Notes: a model not told the origin generated them from the sequence alone. A stretch of 64,000 bases of DNA from Bacteroidota bacterium (GCA_018268195.1 JAFDWZ010000030.1:43599-107598), one strand, 5' to 3'; positions 47,201 to 56,780 are shown, counted from the stretch's first letter. A program made the numbers and translations.

Positions 47201-50200
47201 TTCAGTGGTTGCACCGTTATTCCAGACAAATACGTAAGGTAATGTTCCGCCATTTACACTTAAATCAATGCTTCCTGTAAGATTGCTGTAGCACAATACA
47301 TTTTGCATTGCTGAAACAGAAGTTGACAAAGTAGCTGATGGTTGTGTGATGGTAGCAGTCTGATTGTTGTAACATCCATTGGCATCGGTAACAGTTACTG
47401 TATAAGTTCCTGCTGGTAAATTCGATAAATCTTCGGTAACAGCTCCATTACTCCATGCAAAAGTATAAGGAGCAGTACCACCGGATGCGTTAATATCTAT
47501 TGCACCGGTATTGTTGCTGAAGCAATCCACATTCTGAGTTGACTGAATAGAAGTAGCAAGGCTGGATGCCGGTTGAGCTACTGTTTCAGATATAGAGTAA
47601 GTACATCCGTTTGCATCGGTAATAGTTACAGTATAAGTTCCTGTTGCAAGTCCTGAAATATCTTCGCTGGTTGCACCATTACTCCAGTTAAACAGATAAG
47701 GCATGGTTCCACCTGTTACGTTGATATCAATTGCGCCATTGCCACCACCGGTACAAGCAACATTTTGTGAAGCTGATACTGTAGCGGCAAGTGAATCTCC
47801 CGGCTGACTGATAGCAATTCCTGATATTGATGAAGTACAACCATTCGCATCGGTAACAGTTACCGAATACGTTCCGGCTTCAACGTTCATTTGATTCTGA
47901 TCGGTAGAACCATTGCTCCACTGATATGAGTAAGGTGTTGTTCCGCCATTTACATTAATAAGTATGGCAGCCGTACTGTTTCCATAGCAACTTACATTGG
48001 TAATATTATTTATAGATGTTGATAATGCATCTGTAGGCTGAGTGATGGTAGCAGTTTGTGTTTCTGTACATCCGTTCGCATCGGTTACAGTTACTGAATA
48101 TACACCAGCTACAAGTGAAGAAATATTCTGAGATGTAGCTCCATTGCTCCAGTTGTAACTGTAAGGTGAAGTACCTCCGCTGACAGCTAATTGAACACTT
48201 GCATTATTTCCACCAAAGCAATTTACATTCTGAGTTGAAGAAATTGAAGCAGCTAATCCGGCTGAAGGTTGTGTAATCTCTTGAAATGCACTGAATGTAC
48301 AACCATTGGCATCAGTAACAGTTACTGTATAAGTTCCTGAATTTAATCCTGCAATATCTTCGGTGGTTGCTCCATTGCTCCAATTGAAGCTATAAGGTGA
48401 TGTACCTCCGCTGACATTCAAATCAATTGCACCGTTAGAGCCTGCATTACAAGCTACATTGGTTGATGTTGCTACATTGGCAGACAATGCTGCAGCAGGT
48501 TCAGCCACCGTTATCGCACTGATAGTAGTTGAACAGTTGTTGGCATCGGTAATAGTTACAGAATACGTTCCGGATGATAAGTTGGTCAGATTCTGAGAGG
48601 TTGCACCATTGCTCCAGCTATAACTGTATGGTGAAGTTCCTCCTCCGACATTAAGGCTGATAGACCCTGTGTTCTGACCATAACAGTTCACGTTCTGCAT
48701 TTCTGAAACAGTTGCAGCTAATGCTCCTGCAGGTTGCTGCACTGCAATAGCTGATAAGAAGGTGCTACAGTTATTGGCATCTGATATCGTTACTGAGTAA
48801 ACTCCCGCAGGGATATTAGTAAGATTTTGTGTAGTAGCACCGTTGCTCCAGTTATAACTGTATGGAGCAGTACCTGCATTTACTGTTAAGGTAATTGCAC
48901 CTGTGGTGTTGCCGAAGCAACCTATATCCTGTGTAGATGCTACCTGAGCATTCAATGCTCCTGCAGGCTGGCCTACATTGATGCTTGCAGAAGTATTGAT
49001 ACATCCGTTAGCATCGGTAACAGTAACTACGTAGTTTCCTGATCCAATACCGTTAAGATCTTCGGTTACGGCACCATTGCTCCAGTTAAAACTGTAAGGT
49101 GCAGTACCTCCGGTAACAGTAAGATTTATACTTCCTGTATTATTTCCGAAACATCCTGCTTCAGTAGTTGTAGAGCTTAAAGCTATTGCTGCTGCAGGTT
49201 GAGATATGGTTACGCTACCTGTAGATGATGTACATCCGTTAGCATCAGTAACAGTGAGTGAATAACTACCTGCCGTTACCGAAGTAAGGTTTTGCGTAGA
49301 GGCACCATTGCTCCAGTTAAAGGTATAAGGTGTTGTTCCTCCGGTTACGTTTACAGAAACATTTCCTGTATTGTTGCCAAAGCAATTTACGTTCTGAGAA
49401 GTGTAAGAAGTCTGCAGTGCAGCTGATGGCTGTGTCACTTGTACGGCTGAAGAAGCTACCGTACAACCGTTAGCATCGGTAACAGTTGCCGTATAAGTCC
49501 CTGCCTGAACAGCTGATAAATTTTGTGAGGTTGCTCCATTATTCCAGTTGTAGCTGTATGGTGATGTACCACCTGTTACATTCAGAGTTATTGAACCGGT
49601 ACTGTTGTTATAACAATTAACTGCTGTTGCCTGAGATGTTACAGCCAACTGCGCAGTAGGTTGTGTAAGCACTACTCCGCTCAGTGTATAAGAACAATTG
49701 TTGGCATCAGTTACCACAACACTGTAGTTACCTGCAGCAATATTATTCAAATCCTGTGTGGTAGCACCGTTACTCCAGTTGTAGGTAAATGGTGCTGTAC
49801 CTCCGGTAACAGTAACATCAATACTACCTGTGTTCTGAGCAAAGCATAAAATATTTTGTGATGCGGCAACAGTTGCATTCAATGCGCCTGATGGCTGCGA
49901 AATTACTACGGATGACTGACTGATACATCCATTGGCATCCGATACCGTTACAGCATAGTTTCCTGCCTGAAGGCCGCTCAGATTCTGAGTGGTTGCTCCG
50001 TTGCTCCAGGTATAGCTGTAAGGTGAAGTACCTCCGGTAACACTAAGTTGCACAGAACCATTATTGCCTCCGTAACATAAAATATCTACCGATGATGCTA
50101 CCGAGGATGACAATGCTCCTGCAGGTTGTTCAACAATTCCTGTTGCAGTAGCAGTACATCCATTAGCATCAGTTATTGAAACATTATATGTACCGGCATA

Positions 50201-53200
50201 AAGTCCTGAAATATTTTGTGATGTTGCACCATTACTCCAGTTGAATGTATAAGGAATTGTTCCACCATCTACATTCAAAGTAAGTGAACCATTACCACCA
50301 CCATTACAGGCAACATTTCCTGTTGAAGCAATATTTGTAGTCAGCGTTGCATCCGGTTGGTTTACAAGAACACCTGCAATAGCTGTTGTACAGTTGTGTG
50401 CGTCTGTAATTGTCACACTATAAACTCCTGCCACAATACCATTGAGGTTTTGTGTTGTTGCACCGTTGCTCCAGATATAGCTATAAGGACCGGTACCACC
50501 ATTCACATTCAATGACAAGGCTCCGTTATTTCCTCCATAACATAACACTGAAGTATTTGAGGCAACTGATGCACTCAGTGATGCAGCAGGTTCATTAATG
50601 GTTATTGATGTCTGAGCAGCAGTACAGCCATTGGCATCAGTAACCGTCACGGAATAAGTACCGGCCGCAACTGCGTTAATGCCTGATGTGGTGGCACCTG
50701 TATTCCATACATAGGTGTAAGGCGATGTTCCACCGGCAACGGTTGTTGTGATAGCTCCTGTAAGATTGCTATGACAGGCAACATCTGTAACACTTACAGT
50801 AGCTGCAAGTGATGCCGAAGGTTGAGATATTACAATTCCGTTTACTCCTGTAGTACAACCATTGGCATCCGTAATTACTACTGAGTAACTACCGGCTGTT
50901 ATGTTTGTTAAATTTTGTGAGGTTGCTCCATTACTCCAGTTGTAGCTGTATGGTGAAGTTCCTCCATTGGTAGTGATATTGATATTACCATTGCTCTCTC
51001 CGTAACAGCTCACATTCTGCGAAGATGAAACTGATGCTGCGAGGGCTGCAGTAGGTTGCGTGATGGTGCTTGACAAACTTGCTGTACATCCGTTAGCGTC
51101 TGTAACAGTAGCAGTATAGGTGCCTGCTGTAAGTCCTGAAATATTCTGAGTGGTAGCACCGTTGCTCCAGGTAAAATTGTATGGTGTAGTTCCACCATTT
51201 ACGGTAAGTTGAATAGCAGCATTGTTGCCTCCATAACAATTTACATTTTGTGATGACTGAACTGAGGCTCCTAATGTTTGTGCCGGTTGCGTTATAGTCG
51301 CTGACTTTTCACTTGTACATCCATTGGCATCGGTAACTGTTACGGTATAAGTTCCTGATACAAGTCCCGAAATATTTTGTGATGTTGCTCCATTGCTCCA
51401 GTTATAGTTGTATGGAGATGTACCTCCGGTAACATTCAGATTCAAGGAGCCATTTGATAAGCCATAGCAAGAAACATTACTTGCTGTTGATATTGTAGTG
51501 TTGAGATGGGCAGCAGGTTGCGTAAGTGTTGCATTTGTACTAGCTGTACATCCATTAGCATCGGTTACAGTTACTGAATAAGTTCCTGCCTGCAAACCGG
51601 TAATATTTTGTGTAGTAGCACCGTTGCTCCAAACATAACTATATGCTGAAGTTCCACCGTTTACAGCAAGATTAATGCTTCCATTAGGAACATCATAACA
51701 TGAAATATTCTGAGCAGAAGATACTGAAACGCTAAGCGCCTGTGCAGGCTGAGAAATAGATTGCACAGCATTGGCAGTACAACCGTTGGCATCGGTCACT
51801 GTTACAGTATATGTTCCTGAAGTGAGTCCGGTAATATTTTGAGTTGTTGCTCCATTGTTCCATACATAACTATAAGGTGAAGTACCACCGTTAACAGTTA
51901 ATGACACTGATGCATTATTTCCACCGAAACAATTCACATTCTGTGAAGAAGAAACTGAAGCATTGAGTGAAGCTGACGGTTGTGTAATGGTGTGAGATGC
52001 AGTTGCAGTACAACCGTTGGCATCCGTAATTGATACCGTATATATTCCTGAAGATAAATTGGTCAGGTTTTGAGTAGATGCACCATTGCTCCAAACATAA
52101 GAATATGGTGATGTTCCTCCGCTAACTGATAATGAAATCGAAGCGTCAGAGCCATTAAAACAGTTTACGTTTTGCGATGATGCTACATTTGCATTCAGTA
52201 TAGCTGAAGGTTGTGCTATAGTTTTGCTGATTGAAGTAGTACAATTCTGATTATCTGTTACGGTTACGGTGTACGTACCTGCAGACAAACCGGAAATATT
52301 TTGAGTGGAAGCTCCGTTACTCCAAACATAATTGAAAGGAGCGGTACCACCTACAACTGTCAAATCAATTGCTCCGTTACTCAAACCATAACAAGTAACA
52401 TCTGCTGAAGAAGAAACAGAAGCATTTAGTGCGCCTGATGGCTGTGCAATAGTTTTACTGATGGTGTATATACAGGAGTTTGCATCGGTGATGGTAACAG
52501 AGTATGCTCCTGCAGCCAAGTTACTCAGATTTTGAGAAGTGGCTCCATTGCTCCAGTTAAATGAATAAGGGGAAGTACCTCCCGATACATTTAGGTTGAT
52601 AAAACCATTTGTTCCACCGAAGCAAAATACATTCTGCGATGATGATATTGTTGCTGAAAGTGCATTGGCAGGTTGTGAAACCACTCCTGTTGCTTCCAGC
52701 GTACATCCATGATTATCCGTAATGGTAACATTATAAACTCCGGAATTTAATCCTGTGATATCTTTAGTAGTAGCACCGTTATTCCACAAATAAGTATAAG
52801 GCGAAGTACCTCCACTTATGGTAAGCGTAAGTGCGCCATTGCCACCACCGTTACATGAAACATTTTGTGTGGACTGCACATTTGCGCTTAAGGTAGCTGA
52901 AGGTTGACCCAAGGTTACTGAATTAAGGTTGCTTGCACAACCTTTGGCATCAGTAACAGTTACTGAATAAGTTCCTGCTGCAACATTGCTCAGGTTTTGT
53001 GTAGTAGCACCGTTGCTCCATATATAACTGTAAGGAGATGTACCTCCGGCAACAGTGATGTTTATTTGTCCGGTTGATTGTCCATAACAAGCAACTTCAG
53101 TTTTTGAATCCAACACCGAACTTAATGCTGCTGAAGGTTGTGTAACTGAAACAGCATTTTGGATAGATGTACATCCGTTGGCATCGGTAACAGTAACCGT

Positions 53201-56200
53201 ATAAGTCCCTGCTCCTATTGCTATAATATTTTGTGTTGTAGCACCATTACTCCATGTATAACTGTATGGTGTGGTTCCTCCATTTACAGTCAGGTTCACT
53301 GCTCCGGTATGATCACCAAAACAATTTACATTAGTAGCAGATGCAGCTGATGCAAGTGCTGCTGATGGCTGAGTGATGGATATTGCATTTTGTGTGGCAG
53401 TACATCCTTTAGCATCGGTAACTGTAACCGAATAAGTTCCTGATGCAATGTTGCTCAGATTCTGAGAAACTGCTCCATTATTCCACAAATAAGTATAAGG
53501 CGCAGTTCCACCATTCACTGTTAATGTTATGGAACCTGTGGCATTGCCAAAACAGTTGACATTATTTGCAGTGGCACCTGCTGCTAATGCTGCAGAGGGT
53601 TGAGTTACTGCAATAGATGATTGTGTAGATGTACAACCTTTAGCATCGGTAACTGTAACTGTATAATTTCCTGCTGCTAAGCCTGAAAGGTTTTGTGAGG
53701 ATGCACCATTGCTCCAGTTATAACTATAAGGACTTGTTCCACCATTTACAGTAAGATTAATTGCTCCGGTAGCATTGCCATAGCAATTAACTTCCGATGC
53801 TGCAGGAGCTACTGATAATGCTGCTGAAGGCTGAGTAATTGAAAGTGCTGATTGCACCGATGTACATCCGTTGGCATCCGTAACCGTTACGCTATAAGTT
53901 CCGGCAGACAATCCTGTAACACTTGCTGTAGTAGCTCCATTGCTCCATACATAAGTATAAGGTGTTGTGCCACCTGTTACTGATAAATTCACTGAGCCAT
54001 TGTTGCCACCAAAGCAACTTACATTCACTCTGCTGTTTGAAACTGCAAGGGCAGCATAAGGTTGTGATACATTTATAGAAGCCTGTGTGTTGCTACAACC
54101 TTTAACATCGGTAACTGTAACAGTATAATTTCCTGCTGTTAACCCTGAAATATTCTGTGAAGATGCTCCATTGCTCCAGTTATAAGTATATGGCCCCGTT
54201 CCTCCGTTTACAGCAATGTTAACTGCACCCGTAGCCTGACCGAAACAACTTACGGCAACTGCTGTCGGACTTACTGAAAGTGCTGCTGAAGGCTGAGTTA
54301 TAGTAACTGTTGCCGTAGTTGTACAACCCTGAGCACTTGTTACGGTAACCGTATAACTTCCTGCTGCTACATTGGATAAATTCTGAGTGATAGCACCATT
54401 ACTCCAAATATAAGTGTAGGGTGTTGCACCGTTTGATACATTTAAATCTACTCCTCCCGAAGATTGTCCATAACAATTTACATTTATAGGAACTGCATTA
54501 GCCTGAGGAATTTTTCTCAGGTTAATAATCATGGTATCCCTAGCCACCGAGCAAATATATTTTGGTGCAAGAATCAACATCACCGAACCTGAATTTATAT
54601 CTGCGGTTGAGGGTACATATTTTGCATTACGTGTAGAGTCATTCGGAACAAACTGACCAGTTCCGGAAGTAGTCCAAACGACAGCGCCTGTAAACGGTGA
54701 TTGTGAGTAAGCGATAGATCCCGAAAGTTGAATAGAATCGAGATTACTTCCTTTTGCACAGAAATTAATATCGCTACCTGCATTATTAATAAGGTAATCA
54801 GGCATAAGCAAGGTAGTTTTCTGACTTAATCGGTTAGCAAACCACCATGTATTTATGGTATTACTTTCACCAATGGTATTCTGATCTGTATTAGGTGGGT
54901 TTGAAGTCCATGTGTGACAGGGTGACGAACAACCAACCAGATTTGTTGAACCTCCTACCAGCACATCATCATAAAAAAGTGAATCCACAAACTGTGCAGT
55001 ACTTGGTCTGATAACCGACATTGAAAATCCTGTTTCGTGATTTTCAACATCATACATTGGAAGGTTTACCAATCCTGTTTCAACACTTAAAATAAGTGAT
55101 ATAGTATTTCCGACCGGAATAAAATTACCTAAACCATCCTTCCCATTCCAATACAAACAGGATACTCCAGCCGGGACACCCTGAAACACCATCTTTCTGT
55201 CTGCGGTGCCCGGATCATATTTATCGTTATTGTTTCTATCTATCAACACCGTTACATCGGCAGACTTAACAAGATTTACGTTTATACAAATAGAATCTTT
55301 AACACATCGTTCAAAAGTCGGTGGGCCGGCAAGAAACTGCATAGAACCGCTTGGAAATGCAACATGGTCAGGATCTGTGAGGAAAAGTTTATATTCATCA
55401 GGAACTGAAAACCCAATTTTAGAACGTCTGTCGTTGGTAGGATTACCGGTATTAGAAGTACCAAACTGATTACATGACACACGGAACTTATAAGGTTTGA
55501 TACCATTCATATCAACCTTAGTTACCGAGCTGTCCTGACCATATATAAAGAAGTAGCCAAAAAACGGATTGCCATACGACTCGGTATTGAAACTCCAGTT
55601 CTTGGAAAACAAACGTCCGGTTATTGCAGTGTTACTTGAAGTATTTACTACAGTAACGTCAAAAATACCAAGGCTTAATTCGGTATTTGTCGAAACATTT
55701 GTTCCATTATCTTTATTAAACTCTATATAATATGCACCCGCCAGTCCCGAAGTAGGATTACAACTAAAACCGTTATAACCCTGAGCATTGATGACATTAG
55801 GTCCTGCAATAGCCTGTGAGTGATATCGAATAAAACCTTGACTGTTTGAAGTAGGCAACAACTGTGGACCAAAAATTATATTTCCATTAGGGTCTTTAAT
55901 GCGTACATACCAGTTGCTGTTTGTAGAGCGCTGGCCTATACCGAAATAAATTTTTTCCTGTGAAGGGTTATTAATCCTTACATACATCCGTTCCTTATCG
56001 GTTGCGGAGTAACCAGCAAAAGTTCCGTAAGTGGATTGCTGATTAATTATCATCAGGTTAGTAGCCTTTGTAGTGTCAGGCTTGAACTGAGGTGAACCAT
56101 CTGCCAATGCTTTTTCATTGACGATGATTCCCATGAATACAACAGCCCATAATATGAACTGTTTTCTCCATAAAACAGAGTTGATTTTTTGAATTGCGGA

Positions 56201-56215
56201 TAACATCTTTCCCAT
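44291..56215 (-). CDS. Giant cell-surface adhesin: unique N-terminal head, 41 SprB-type repeats, 2 Ig-like modules, T9SS type-B C-terminal domain
   Basis: 3974 aa. The signal peptide is WRKQFILWAVVFMGIIVNEKALA/DG. The repeat unit is N(V/I).C(F/Y)G...G.I.L.V.GGT.PY.Y.WSNGATTQN...L.AG.Y.VTVTDANGCT. The CTD reads LFIPTGFSPDGNTVNDTYVIDGL...IYNRWGNLVY...GTYYYILD. Confidence 0.93.
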   Translation of the reverse strand: MGKMLSAIQKINSVLWRKQFILWAVVFMGIIVNEKALADGSPQFKPDTTKATNLMIINQQSTYGTFAGYSATDKERMYVRINNPSQEKIYFGIGQRSTNSNWYVRIKDPNGNIIFGPQLLPTSNSQGFIRYHSQAIAGPNVINAQGYNGFSCNPTSGLAGAYYIEFNKDNGTNVSTNTELSLGIFDVTVVNTSSNTAITGRLFSKNWSFNTESYGNPFFGYFFIYGQDSSVTKVDMNGIKPYKFRVSCNQFGTSNTGNPTNDRRSKIGFSVPDEYKLFLTDPDHVAFPSGSMQFLAGPPTFERCVKDSICINVNLVKSADVTVLIDRNNNDKYDPGTADRKMVFQGVPAGVSCLYWNGKDGLGNFIPVGNTISLILSVETGLVNLPMYDVENHETGFSMSVIRPSTAQFVDSLFYDDVLVGGSTNLVGCSSPCHTWTSNPPNTDQNTIGESNTINTWWFANRLSQKTTLLMPDYLINNAGSDINFCAKGSNLDSIQLSGSIAYSQSPFTGAVVWTTSGTGQFVPNDSTRNAKYVPSTADINSGSVMLILAPKYICSVARDTMIINLRKIPQANAVPINVNCYGQSSGGVDLNVSNGATPYTYIWSNGAITQNLSNVAAGSYTVTVTSAQGCTTTATVTITQPSAALSVSPTAVAVSCFGQATGAVNIAVNGGTGPYTYNWSNGASSQNISGLTAGNYTVTVTDVKGCSNTQASINVSQPYAALAVSNSRVNVSCFGGNNGSVNLSVTGGTTPYTYVWSNGATTASVTGLSAGTYSVTVTDANGCTSVQSALSITQPSAALSVAPAASEVNCYGNATGAINLTVNGGTSPYSYNWSNGASSQNLSGLAAGNYTVTVTDAKGCTSTQSSIAVTQPSAALAAGATANNVNCFGNATGSITLTVNGGTAPYTYLWNNGAVSQNLSNIASGTYSVTVTDAKGCTATQNAISITQPSAALASAASATNVNCFGDHTGAVNLTVNGGTTPYSYTWSNGATTQNIIAIGAGTYTVTVTDANGCTSIQNAVSVTQPSAALSSVLDSKTEVACYGQSTGQINITVAGGTSPYSYIWSNGATTQNLSNVAAGTYSVTVTDAKGCASNLNSVTLGQPSATLSANVQSTQNVSCNGGGNGALTLTISGGTSPYTYLWNNGATTKDITGLNSGVYNVTITDNHGCTLEATGVVSQPANALSATISSSQNVFCFGGTNGFINLNVSGGTSPYSFNWSNGATSQNLSNLAAGAYSVTITDANSCIYTISKTIAQPSGALNASVSSSADVTCYGLSNGAIDLTVVGGTAPFNYVWSNGASTQNISGLSAGTYTVTVTDNQNCTTSISKTIAQPSAILNANVASSQNVNCFNGSDASISLSVSGGTSPYSYVWSNGASTQNLTNLSSGIYTVSITDANGCTATASHTITQPSASLNASVSSSQNVNCFGGNNASVSLTVNGGTSPYSYVWNNGATTQNITGLTSGTYTVTVTDANGCTANAVQSISQPAQALSVSVSSAQNISCYDVPNGSINLAVNGGTSAYSYVWSNGATTQNITGLQAGTYSVTVTDANGCTASTNATLTQPAAHLNTTISTASNVSCYGLSNGSLNLNVTGGTSPYNYNWSNGATSQNISGLVSGTYTVTVTDANGCTSEKSATITQPAQTLGASVQSSQNVNCYGGNNAAIQLTVNGGTTPYNFTWSNGATTQNISGLTAGTYTATVTDANGCTASLSSTITQPTAALAASVSSSQNVSCYGESNGNINITTNGGTSPYSYNWSNGATSQNLTNITAGSYSVVITDANGCTTGVNGIVISQPSASLAATVSVTDVACHSNLTGAITTTVAGGTSPYTYVWNTGATTSGINAVAAGTYSVTVTDANGCTAAQTSITINEPAASLSASVASNTSVLCYGGNNGALSLNVNGGTGPYSYIWSNGATTQNLNGIVAGVYSVTITDAHNCTTAIAGVLVNQPDATLTTNIASTGNVACNGGGNGSLTLNVDGGTIPYTFNWSNGATSQNISGLYAGTYNVSITDANGCTATATGIVEQPAGALSSSVASSVDILCYGGNNGSVQLSVTGGTSPYSYTWSNGATTQNLSGLQAGNYAVTVSDANGCISQSSVVISQPSGALNATVAASQNILCFAQNTGSIDVTVTGGTAPFTYNWSNGATTQDLNNIAAGNYSVVVTDANNCSYTLSGVVLTQPTAQLAVTSQATAVNCYNNSTGSITLNVTGGTSPYSYNWNNGATSQNLSAVQAGTYTATVTDANGCTVASSAVQVTQPSAALQTSYTSQNVNCFGNNTGNVSVNVTGGTTPYTFNWSNGASTQNLTSVTAGSYSLTVTDANGCTSSTGSVTISQPAAAIALSSTTTEAGCFGNNTGSINLTVTGGTAPYSFNWSNGAVTEDLNGIGSGNYVVTVTDANGCINTSASINVGQPAGALNAQVASTQDIGCFGNTTGAITLTVNAGTAPYSYNWSNGATTQNLTNIPAGVYSVTISDANNCSTFLSAIAVQQPAGALAATVSEMQNVNCYGQNTGSISLNVGGGTSPYSYSWSNGATSQNLTNLSSGTYSVTITDANNCSTTISAITVAEPAAALSANVATSTNVACNAGSNGAIDLNVSGGTSPYSFNWSNGATTEDIAGLNSGTYTVTVTDANGCTFSAFQEITQPSAGLAASISSTQNVNCFGGNNASVQLAVSGGTSPYSYNWSNGATSQNISSLVAGVYSVTVTDANGCTETQTATITQPTDALSTSINNITNVSCYGNSTAAILINVNGGTTPYSYQWSNGSTDQNQMNVEAGTYSVTVTDANGCTSSISGIAISQPGDSLAATVSASQNVACTGGGNGAIDINVTGGTMPYLFNWSNGATSEDISGLATGTYTVTITDANGCTYSISETVAQPASSLATSIQSTQNVDCFSNNTGAIDINASGGTAPYTFAWSNGAVTEDLSNLPAGTYTVTVTDANGCYNNQTATITQPSATLSTSVSAMQNVLCYSNLTGSIDLSVNGGTLPYVFVWNNGATTEDLSGIGAGSYTVSVTDANGCTATQTIAITQPSAALSTAITSTSPALCYGGNTGTADLDIQGGTAPYTILWSNGSSAQNQTALAAGTYNVQVTDANGCSSSQSLTISQPQDSISGGVTSVNNVGCFGNATGNIDITIVGGTTPYTFNWSNGSTNEDQQNIPAGNYSVVVTDANNCTYSVSAVVGQPVAALSSILSVQQNVNCFNGNNGYATSSVSGGTTPYTYNWSNGSTSSSIDSLTAGVYELTVTDANGCTTTDSVEVMQPAAALNASYIMTSAVFCYGGSDGAVDVTVTGGTMPYNYQWSNGTTSEDLTGVSAGNYTVTVTDANGCLFNLIATVTQPLAPLSPAVAITPVGCFADTTGAINLTVTGGTTPYAYYWSNGDTTQNLINMHGGSYSVFVVDANNCVAQASAYIPSPEGALVSYSTLAHINCQSITSGSILMNTSGGTAPYTYAWSNGDTTQNLINIGAGTYTVIITDSAGCAFHDTLTINGPTQLLTITTQQQNVNCNNMATGYASVKATGGIPPYSYLWSNGNTTSNISNLTAGVYSVTVTDSYQCVLDTTFIITQPDSGLANVLNVSQVTCFGLANGSITVNTMGGTPAYSYLWSNGATTASLSNLTPGTYNLTVTDQGGCTDQHSITITEPSAALAATSTATDANCLTGVGANVDVSVTGGTQPYQYAWSNGTSYQDLTGVGSGTYSLSITDANGCTAQITQVVNDVSTFDMNAEGPTEFCIGGTVTLNAMVVSGASYQWYVNGQPLTGATSPTFTTPAAGTYTVGLTNSCGNFMSNPIEVKVNSVGNFAVSPNMMICPNDGEQAQLYATGGTWYLWNPGEGLNDSTIANPIAVPKKSTKYSVIVRSAEGCEVTSEVMVTVTCDTLFIPTGFSPDGNTVNDTYVIDGLSKYPGNILYIYNRWGNLVYKQRDYDNRWDGTSNVAGVYLGKQLPNGTYYYILDLNDGKKPLQGYLTLKR
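45050..54496 (-). repeat. Coding tandem array, 41 x ~230 bp (SprB-type repeats)
   Basis: The copy number comes from 41 occurrences of the W(S/N)(N/T)G...TD..(G/N/Q)C unit in the translation. Short identical DNA words such as gcatcggtaacagt and ccattgctccagtt each recur at least six times by eye. End coordinates are approximate. Confidence 0.85.
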
Positions 56216-56366
56216 AACTTGGTGTTATTTATATGCACATTGAACGAGAACTTCATTTTCAGGGTTTCATATTTATGACAAAATTTCAACTTGTAATCTA
56301 TTTTCAATTCTTTGTAACCCGTTGAAATTTTTATCGTATTACTCCTAATATTAAATTATTAAAATT

Positions 56367-56753
56367 ATGAGCAAGCAAATTCTTCAAACTGCAATCATTT
56401 TTGTTTTCACAGTTTTAACAACTATTTCATTTGCACAATCTCAAATTGTTGGCAAAGTAGATGCTGATGGTGTTCCCCATTTTTCAGCTTCTAAAAACGA
56501 TTGCATCACGGAACTTAAAAAAGCTGCTTCAGCCAAAGGTGCTTTTGCTGCAATGCAAATGAATGATGTAAGTTTTACACAAATGCCACAAGGGCAATAT
56601 TGCCTAACCACATACGAGAAAGATGCAAAAGGTAATACCCTTCGAGGTTTACGTATAGAATGCAAACAGGATGATGACAACAACCTGATTATAACTTCAC
56701 AGTCAAAAATTGAAACGGTTACCGGAAAATCATTTAAGTCATCAACCTTGTAA
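56367..56753 (+). CDS. Hypothetical small secreted protein
   Basis: 128 aa with signal peptide MSKQILQTAIIFVFTVLTTISFAQ and three Cys. No recognisable motif. It is followed by a strong terminator. Confidence 0.6.
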   Translation: MSKQILQTAIIFVFTVLTTISFAQSQIVGKVDADGVPHFSASKNDCITELKKAASAKGAFAAMQMNDVSFTQMPQGQYCLTTYEKDAKGNTLRGLRIECKQDDDNNLIITSQSKIETVTGKSFKSSTL

Positions 56754-56780
56754 AATATTTTAGGTGTTCAAAATAAAAAA

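Noticed and set aside
45050-54496. Regular ~230-bp periodic DNA that could superficially suggest a CRISPR or satellite array.
   Set aside because: The periodicity is entirely inside one open reading frame. The units are divergent at the DNA level with no short identical repeats separated by unique spacers. This is a coding tandem repeat, not CRISPR.
44532-55469. Numerous 60-115-aa ORFs on the plus strand and in other minus-strand frames across the giant adhesin gene.
   Set aside because: They repeat with the ~230-bp periodicity of the SprB array and overlap a continuous 3974-codon ORF with strong domain signatures. They are by-products of the repeat composition.
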